Below, in pieces: positions 55,577 through 64,000 of a DNA stretch of 64,000 bases; within the stretch, counting starts at the first letter, position 1; each line of letters starts with the position of its first letter. The position numbers and the translations under genes are program-made. This stretch comes from Rhina ancylostomus (lineage: Eukaryota), in NCBI GenBank assembly GCA_030265395.1, contig JARFYF010000094.1, positions 56,548,866 to 56,612,865 of the forward strand, written 5' to 3'. Below the pieces are notes generated by a model. That model was not told the DNA's origin and did not search any database. It worked only from the letters and a program-made list of their open reading frames with translations.

Positions 55577-57189
55577 NNNNNNNNNNNNNNNNNNNNNNNN
55601 NNNNNNNNNNNNNNNNNNNNNNNNNNNNNNNNNNNNNNNNNNNNNNNNNNNNNNNNNNNNNNNNNNNNNNNNNNNNTCCAACTGAAAACATAAATGAAAT
55701 CTCAGAGTAATATTTGATCTAAAGGATAGGATTTTGTACCATATAACGATTCAAAATAATACTTGAGTATCAGCCCACATTGCACATTCGATTCCTGGGT
55801 GAAATTCAAAGCTATTGAAGAGTTTTAAAAAGTTTACAAACTTCTGTGATCCAGCAGCTTACAAGTTAATTGTTGGAGTTAGTAAAACTCATCTGAGTTC
55901 TGTGAATTAAAATGGAGATCAAACGTGAAATGCTACTGAATCTTCTACTACTGGTGAAATAATCAATCTTTTGGATCAAAGGTGAATACCGATGTTAGTG
56001 GCCAACGTGTAAAGTCATTTTCTGAATTGCAGAGTGATTTTTTTTAAAAACACAAAAATTGCAACAACTCTGTCCTGTCAACAATTAACTGGCTAAGCCA
56101 GAAAGGCCATCAAGAAACGTGATGCAAAATTGTAGGAGCTAAATTATCAACGGCAGGAAAAAAAAAGCTGAATGAGTTAAATTGGCCAGGAATGAAAAGC
56201 CTGCCTTCGTGAAAAGTAAATTTGAATATGCCTCTCATTGTTTTTCGTCTGTACAATTTTTCTCTGCCTTAAACCGAGAAAACCAAGTAATTTATCTGCT
56301 AATAGTTCGGCAGGTTAGCAATAGTCAACTTGAGAGATCTATCTTCAAGTTGAACTCTGTCATCATACTACCTCTCAGTCATCCCAGGTTAAGAAATAGA
56401 ACAGAAACCAATAATGACTGTTGTTATATGTATCACTTATTCCCCACCTCCCTGTGTGTGGAAGTGACTACCTATAAGCTGCTTTAATCCGCATTTACAG
56501 ATGAAAGACATGTCCTTATGCAATGTCCCAGAGTAAATATTATCATTGGTACTTGTTTTCAATATGTTCCAACAAGTACACAGCAGATCTTGGAAGAAGA
56601 AAGTTAAAGCAATAAAATTACAAATGGAAAAATTTATATTTACAAAATTATTTGAACACATTGCTGTTGAGTTGCCATTTTAGGTACGAAATTTGCCAGG
56701 ATGTTGCTTAGCCAAAAACAGATTCCCAATGTAATAGTAATTAGAAGCTTGCACCGCCCCAAATGTCAATCACTTGGAAATTCAAGGTCCAAGAAATTAG
56801 TGCACAAAAACTAGTGTCACACAAAACAATTTCTAGATAGCACAGATGAAATGATTTCACGTTAGAATTCCATCACTCCAGATTGCTGAGAGGGTATTAG
56901 ATAAGGAAGATCCTATTTTGTGTTTGATGGATTTGTAAAACTGTATCACCTCAAGCCCATAAATAACAATGATTCCTTTGAAGAAAAATTACCTTAACAC
57001 ACATTGCATATTTCTTCCAACCTGGCTAATTCCCTGTCAGATTAATAGTTATTCTATATGAATTTATTGTGCATTATGCAAATAACAAAGATTGCCCAGG
57101 ATCATGTTCACAAAAAGCGGGACAAATCCAATCCAGTGATGGAAGGTATCGCAGACTGTGTATTTTGCAGCTCTTGTTCCTCAACTCCT

Positions 57190-58215
57190 CGGCTTTAGTT
57201 CCACTTGAGCCACCAGGCTGCAGTACTCATTATTTTGAACTTGGACAGATGAATTCCAAAGGCAAGAAGAGAATGACTACTGTTGCAACTTTTGACATTG
57301 TGTGGTGTAAGAAGCTCAAGTAAAATTAGTGCATGTAGGAAATTGTGGTAAATATTCCTCCGACTGCTCATTATGGGCACAAGATGGCTGTGGCAATGGA
57401 TCTCAGTCAGCACGGACCAAGGTTATTGCGGGAGTTCAAGGAAGTGTCCTCTGATCTTCAGTTGCTTTAATAATGACCTTCATTCCATCACAAAATGGGA
57501 AGTGATATCCACAAATTACCGTGCAACTGCTCAAATAAGAAAACAAACTGTGGCCTCATGCAGCAAGACCCAAAACAATATTCAATCGAGTGATAAGGGG
57601 CAAGTAACATTCATACTGTAAAAAAGTGCTGATCAATAATCAAGCAATTAATATTGCTTCTAAATCTAATGACCTCCATTGCAAAAAGCCACCCACACTC
57701 AAACATTTAGTGACTCCCCACTGATTATAAAATTAACAGAACCAGCCACAAATACTGTGGTTAGATTTAAAGGTCAGAGGATGGTATTATATGACAACAT
57801 GGAAAATGTGACAAAACTCTCTCCAAGCACGTAGCAAAATCATTAAGCTAAACACCATGCAAGACAAGGCAGCCCACTTGATTGCTACTCCCTCCACTGA
57901 ATGTGATTATGGATAGTGTGCATCCATCTGCAAGATGCTCTCAATTTAAGAACCCCCTCCAAACCTCTGACCTTGGCCATCGAGGACTAGGACAGCTTAC
58001 TCATGGGAATGCCATCTCCTCTAAAGTTCTCCTTCCAGTCACACAGAATCCAATGTGCTATCTTGATCATCACTGGGCCAGAACCTTAAAACTCCCAATC
58101 TAACAACACTGTGGGGGCACTCTCACCACTCAGGAGGAATTAAGGAAAGAGCAGAGCAAAATTAAGGAAAGAGCAATAAACATTAACCTACATCTTAGGA
58201 AGAAATGAAAAAAAA
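57190..58215 (+). mobile_element. L2/CR1-group LINE, decayed
   Basis: gcaacttttgacattgtgtggtg (AFD.VW), caaggaagtgtcct (QGSV), tgctttaataatgaccttcattcc and an A-rich tail; same family as 16780-18126. Confidence 0.6.
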
Positions 58216-58514
58216 TTAAATGTTTGCACCAAAGTAATTTTAGGTGTAAAATGTGCATGATTTATTGTACACAGCACTGATTACTAGAGTATTTACTGAC
58301 TGTCAAACATTGACAGAAAAGAATTGCTTACCCTAAAAAGAAAATTTCAGAATACAGGAGTGACATTATANNNNNNNNNNNNNNNNNNNNNNNNNNNNNN
58401 NNNNNNNNNNNNNNNNNNNNNNNNNNNNNNNNNNNNNNNNNNNNNNNNNNNNNNNNNNNNNNNNNNNNNNNNNNNNNNNNNNNNNNNNNNNNNNNNNNNN
58501 NNNNNNNNNNNNNN

Positions 58515-58702
58515 ACTGATGGATTATAATCGATCGTCTTCCTGTTCACAGCCTTTCTCATACGTTTGCCATCAAAGGTCAGTTGCTGCATAGCTTGCTG
58601 CTGGGCAAAATCTGGCCGCTTGTAAAAGGTGTGCCTTGGTCCCTGATGCTGAAACCTTGGCATGTGAAAAAATCGAGGAGGTGAGGTTATTTCCAAAGCC
58701 AT
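58515..58702 (-). CDS. WDR33: WDR33 first coding exon (human exon 2 equivalent); 3' end hidden in an N gap
   Basis: Translates [62 protein letters not shown], near-identical to the vertebrate WDR33 N-terminus. Acceptor tttttcctttacAG sits at 58727-58728, followed by 24 nt of 5'UTR (58703-58726) and a good Kozak context (cACCATGG). The donor is expected inside gap 58371-58514. Confidence 0.97.
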
Positions 58703-60671
58703 GGTGATAAAATTCTTCTAACAAATCTGTAAAGGAAAAAAATCCATATGAATTGTTAGTTGAAATTTTAAACAACTCCTTTAATTTCTCTGCAGTCTCT
58801 CTACCACAAACATTTCCAAATATTCCAGAAAAACAAACAATTGGTGACTTTTAGTTACATTTTTCTAACTGCTATGTCAGTTCAGTGAGCAAGATCTCGT
58901 AATTCCACAAATGAAACCAACTCTATCGACGGATACACCCTGTCTCCAGCAGAAATAATTACTGAGGGAGATGAGATTATCACACATATTTGTAGGCCAT
59001 TTTACTTTATTTCAAGAGAATTGAAAANNNNNNNNNNNNNNNNNNNNNNNNNNNNNNNNNNNNNNNNNNNNNNNNNNNNNNNNNNNNNNNNNNNNNNNNN
59101 NNNNNNNNNNNNNNNNNNNNNNNNNNNTTTCAAGAGAATTGAAAAAGAACTTACAATACCCATTTGTAATTGCTTTGAAGTTCTGCCTTTAACACTACAC
59201 CAGTGGAGCTTTCCAACTGCATACCACCAGGCTTAAACATGCCATTATGTCATTACTCATTTAAGGAACATGGCTCCATTTCTATAAAAGGTGTGTCAAA
59301 CATTTTGTGTGCTTGCTCATCAGTGTTAATTAAAATTCTGTGTTAGGGTTACTGGATTAGCCCCCCACCCAATTTAAGACCAGTCAACAAATTAAAACCT
59401 CTTCAGCAAATAGATTACATGTTGGAACCAACAAGTGAAACAAGAATTGAATGTGTTCAATAGTCCTGAAAGGGTAGAGGATAACAAGTACAATTTCAAT
59501 TTTCAAAAAGTATGCAAACATTACAATTGCAGAGCAATTAGCTAACATACAGAGAGTAAAATAACGGGAGAGAGTTCTAATATATACAGTCAGAATTTTA
59601 AGAGAATAGGTTTGGAGTAATAAATGTTTTATTAGAATTCTGCTAGTGAAACATGGCCATTGCAATGGCAGACCATTGCAAAGAATTGAGAATTAGAGCA
59701 GCACAGGGATCAGGAAAAATTGCTGCTGGCAACTGATTGAACGATTAGATCTCAACTCAGATGTGGAAACCAGTGAGCATGAAGTCTAGGTTCAAACTAT
59801 CTAAAACAGAAGTGTCCATGCTACCTCCAACTGCAGAAGTAAAGGTTTAACATGATAACAGTGACAACTCTATTAGTTAATTGGTGACAAATTGTTAAAC
59901 AAGTTCAATCTTTGGAAAAAATTTTAAGCATTAGATATGATTGTGATCAATTGAAGTTAACTCAAAGATCTCAAGAAGCCATGAACTATTTTATCAAAAA
60001 TATGAAATTAACTTGCTATCAATAAACCTGTTATTCTTCAAAAATATTACCAAAAAAATTCATTATTTTGTCATAATTTTCTTTTGAATTGCAATTATTT
60101 CTACCAACTTTTCAAAGCATGGAGATGTTTAATTTGAAAATAATGTGCAAACCAAGAACCCTTGTGTTTTGATCCCTGTTCTAAATCCCAGCTACAGCAC
60201 CAGTAGAATTCTTGTTGATCTCACCAATCCAAGCTCTCTTGTTCCTGAGTGAAATGTGCAAGCATCAAGTGGATTGATTCAGGTCACTCAGAACAACCCT
60301 CACAAATAAACTGTCATGTAATGCAATACATACTCACACATGGCAGCTGAAGTACTAGATGACTTCGATTGAATTGTCCTCCAGTAACCATTTTAAAATG
60401 GACATATCTAACATCATTAGAAAATATCTAATACTAAAAGCCTGGCATTTGCACACACTTTGTGTCACCTTTGATGGCCCTAAATTCCTCTATCCTCAGT
60501 TAGAATGAAAATTGCCAATGTAGACTGGTAAAGACTACACTCAGCTTTGAAATCAAATATAACAAGTGAAAACAACATTAGTTTCTTAAAAAGAGAGATC
60601 TGCATTGTTTTGCTTTGTACTTCAATAGTGTTTTGGAAAAAGAAACAATTTCTTGAAAGGCCTTATCTGCT

Positions 60672-60834
60672 TGTTGTGGGAAAAGGTTCTTTCGGGTCTC
60701 AAAGGCAGAGAACTCAGGACACAGTCTTTGGATTTTAAAAAGAATTTATTTACAAAGACAAACGCAAGAACAGAATGAACACTCACATGCGCATTCGGGT
60801 AATCGCGAAACGTGAGGGAAGTTGCAACAGGGGT

Positions 60835-60891
<57 letters not shown>

Positions 60892-61266
60892 AGAACTAGA
60901 TACAANNNNNNNNNNCCAGCCTCTGGACAAGCAATAGCTTCACACAACTGGGAATCTACTTAAAATATCCCTAAACCACTGTGGACACACACACTTTTAC
61001 CAGTGGTCCCTCGATGTGGTTTCGACCCCAGCAGCAATCAAAAAAGAAAAACAGCCACACACATGTGACATCCTTTGTGGTGCTGGAGAGCTGAGTAATT
61101 CAACAGGTCCAATGAGTCATGGCCAGATATGAGTGGTGTGCATGGGGACCAATGGTCAAGAGTGTGCTGCTAATGGCTGGGTGGAGCTAGACCCTGATTG
61201 ACAGTGGTGTCACTTTCAACCAGTACTTGATGGTGTCACAAGACAGCCATGACCTTTCACATTACA
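60672..61266 (-). mobile_element. Probable solo LTR (about 595 bp) in WDR33 intron 1
   Basis: Starts TGttgtgggaaaaggt and ends acctttcacattaCA (short imperfect inverted termini). Flanks ctgct and ccgtt could be a decayed 5-bp target duplication. Minus-strand AATAAA at 60745-60750 lies about 75 nt from the end; CCAAT motifs at about 61109 and 61149. Confidence 0.6.
60840..60888. repeat. (CA)n microsatellite, about 24 units, inside the putative LTR
   Basis: Uninterrupted acacac run at 60840-60888. Confidence 0.97.
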
Positions 61267-62439
61267 CCGTTTCATCTATTCATCAAATCACAAAGCACAA
61301 ATTTTAACATTCAAAAGCAAAAATTACAAAGCATCCAGAAATACAGCCAAATGAAACAAGGATACAACAGTACAAAAGCATTCATATGTAGGCACTGTAC
61401 AGAAATTAATGAAGAATCCACCAAATCCAAGTGTACAAATGAAATCCAACATATGCTAAGTTGAAAACACTCTCTGATATACCATCTTGCGTGCTAACTC
61501 CATTTTATTGCAAGTGAAAACATTTAATGCACCTGCAAGGAAATGCTTAATTGTTGCTGTATTGTGGTGGCTTTGCAGTAACTTTGTACTGGTGCTAACA
61601 TCTTTTAATCCCATAAGCTCCATGTACAGTCAGAAAAATAAAATCTCAAAAATTTATTTAGTGCAGTTCATGGCACCAATACAATCATAAACAATTTGAG
61701 CTGATATCATACACAACAGAAACCATGGAAAGTTATTGGGTGTGTTTTGGGTCTTTGTGTACTTTTTTCATTCACCAAATATATTTTATTGCTAAATCCA
61801 TATTTCAGTTTCCCACCTTCCTGGACTTGCCAGGGCTGCTTTCTCCCTGTCCAATTGATAAGACAACATTCTTTTTCATATACTCATTGGATGTCCCAAA
61901 TCAAATGTCTTATGCTGAGAAAGTCCTAACTAGTTGAGTGAAAGGGACATCAATAGGGTAAATACTATAATGAGTCCGGTTGAACCTTGCAGTATTAAGT
62001 AATTGGCAGCAAAACTTGATATATGTTATATTTTTAAATTATATAAAATGATGCATTACTGGAACAAACAATTCTATCAGTCCTGTATTAGGCTGAGTTG
62101 ATTCCAATAATCAGGAACTCCACCTGTTGAGAACAGACAGAAACCTAATGCATTAATAGCCTTATAACACAAATACGTATCGTCCAAAACAAATGTTTCA
62201 TTATTGAGAAAACAGAACAAGGTGAAAATAGCAAAATCTTTGAAAAGGAGAACTAAAACATTTTGCTGACCAAGATATTCTTGCTCTTCTGCAGCTGTCG
62301 TTTTACCCAGCTTTCTGGAATTTCCTACACCTGCCTATTTAAGAATGTCATTGTTAGCTCCTTGGCCAGTTAGAAAATAGTGAATTCAATTGCACTCCAC
62401 GGCGGAGTCTAAGTTGACTCTTCATCACAGTACTCTTTT

Positions 62440-62675
62440 GGCTGCTGTATCAAAGAAACCGTCTTTCAAATTAGGTTAAGCCTGACTTTTCAGGTGGATG
62501 AGAAAGTATTATGGCACTGTTCAATAAGCAGTTGTCCTTGTGACATTTATTGCTAAATTTGATCAAAAGAGATTATCAGATAATTTCTCTGACTGCCGTT
62601 TGTGGGATCTTGTTAAGTGAAAACTGGCTTCAACACTTCACTACATTGCAAAGTGAATACACTTCAAAAGTACAT
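62440..62675 (+). mobile_element. Deu-domain SINE (AmnSINE1/SacSINE1-like), decayed
   Basis: ccgtctttcaaattaggttaagcc..tcaggtggatg..atggcactgttcaa..gtttgtgggatcttg..ctacattgcaaagtgaatacacttcaaaagtac. Confidence 0.6.
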
Positions 62676-63581
62676 CTCCTTATCTAATGCAGTTGCTTAT
62701 AGTACCTGATTTTTTGAAAGATGAATGTATTTAGAGTTCTTAAAACAGCAATTGCTTAAACTATATATATGTAAAGCAGATAAGGAATATGGCTTCTTTT
62801 CCCCAATGAACATTAAGATGGTTCTCATTATTCACGTACCACAAATGCAAACTCAATCTTTTTAGAATTGCAAACTCTCCTCCTGTATGAGATATCAGAG
62901 GATGACATTAATATAGAAACAGTAAGACTAACTGATGAATTTTAAATTTGCCCACAAGAAAAAATAATCCATCTGTTCTTCAGTTTCAAAACAATTCTGG
63001 ACATGATCTGAGATTCCATTATACCATTGGCCAGGACTCCACCTGGATTGAAGCATTTAGTTGGCAGAACTCCAAGTGACTGTTGTTAGCCAATACAACT
63101 CTCCCATGTTTAATTAAAATTTACTTAATGAATCTCGGTATAACAAAATGTTTTAATTTAGTTGTGCTTAACAAAGGCTTCATTCATGACAATGAAGGGT
63201 AGAAAACATAATTGGAGACTGTCTTCCAAACACAAGTCTGTAAAAACCAGTTTCATTTAATGGCCTTTTTGATGGAAAAGTCTGTTAATAAACAAACTAC
63301 TTAAAATAGAATAAAAACTTGAGTATCTGCATCCTCAAACAACTGGCAATAATAGCCAATTGATATACAGCTTGCAAGTTTTAGCTTGTCAAAATGTCAT
63401 GGTTTGCTTTTTATTTACTGTATTATTATGGCAAGGAGGTTACTCACTTCTGACTTCACATCATTCATGGATGCTATATCCCTCACAAAAGGGTTTACTG
63501 TACTTCCTGCTATATGAATTGATTGTATAGCAAAGGGTTCTTGAAGAAGCTAACCTCTTTATAACTTTGAGAAAAGCTGTA

Positions 63582-63812
63582 TAGGCAATCCCTGCATATG
63601 GCTATTTGGGTTGCAGAATTCACAAATCACTATCCAAAAATTTGAGATATGGAATAAAACTTGCTCTTGTGGAATTTGTGAGAAGATAGTAAATAAATCA
63701 ACACAATATGTATATTTATTTCATTTTGCAGATGACATAGCTTTACGTTACAGAAGATCACAATGCAGCCCATTCTCTAGGAAAGCACTCCCCACAACGT
63801 AGGGGTTGCCTG
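63582..63812. mobile_element. Tigger/mariner-type MITE, about 230 bp
   Basis: TA|taggcaatccctgc ... gtaggggttgcctg|TA: imperfect TIRs with TA target duplications at 63580-63581 and 63813-63814. Confidence 0.75.
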
Positions 63813-64000
63813 TATTTTGAATTGTTATGAAAAAAGTTTCAATTAATGCTCTGCGATCTTTTCAGTTTGAGGCAGATAAAAGCAGAAAGTGAACTGTCAT
63901 TAAACAGCAACAGCAACAGTGAAGCCTGAAGGTTATTTCAGGTGTTACAGTCACTCACTAAGCCATTCAGAGTTAAATCGAACAATTTTTAGTCACCGGG

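Noticed and set aside
58328-58514. Extension of the exon 2 ORF to IMSLLYSEIFFLG*
   Set aside because: The reading frame across the N gap is unknowable, and the exon 2 donor is expected inside the gap.
59010-59146. Direct repeat tttcaagagaattgaaaa on both sides of a gap
   Set aside because: Identical sequence flanking a 100-N gap is most simply overlapping contig ends, an assembly artefact.
58727-64000. WDR33 exon 1, promoter or CpG island
   Set aside because: No CpG-rich segment is present; the region looks like intron 1.

Overview
Eukaryotic, AT-rich, repeat-dense genomic DNA with many N gaps. The repeat repertoire (V-SINE, CR1, Rex/Babar, RTE, Deu/LF-type SINEs, Penelope-like fragments) suggests a cartilaginous fish, which is an inference. 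The whole window lies inside one minus-strand gene, WDR33, the AAUAAA-reading WD40 subunit of CPSF/mPSF. Six coding exons (2-7 in human numbering, about residues 1-242) are placed by translation and, where visible, GT-AG boundaries; the exon 2 donor is hidden in a gap. Exon 1 and the promoter were not found and probably lie beyond 64000. Exon 8 onward was not found and probably lies below position 1. The most notable signal is in intron 6. Exon 6 has a weak donor (AG|GTGGAT), and its frame stays open for 108 more codons, giving a hydrophobic, Cys-rich tail. The stop codon is followed by four AATAAA hexamers within about 130 nt. The predicted 316-aa protein resembles, from memory, the intron-6-derived human WDR33 isoform 2 (V2), reported as ER-localised and STING-regulating. 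This would make the isoform, and possibly a poly(A)-factor feedback switch, ancestral to jawed vertebrates. The rest is mostly decayed and nested transposable elements, including a Tc1-like element, a probable solo LTR, Tigger-like MITEs, a split inverted repeat and a near-perfect 21-bp hairpin. Repeat boundaries are approximate and family calls come from motif recognition, not from database searches.
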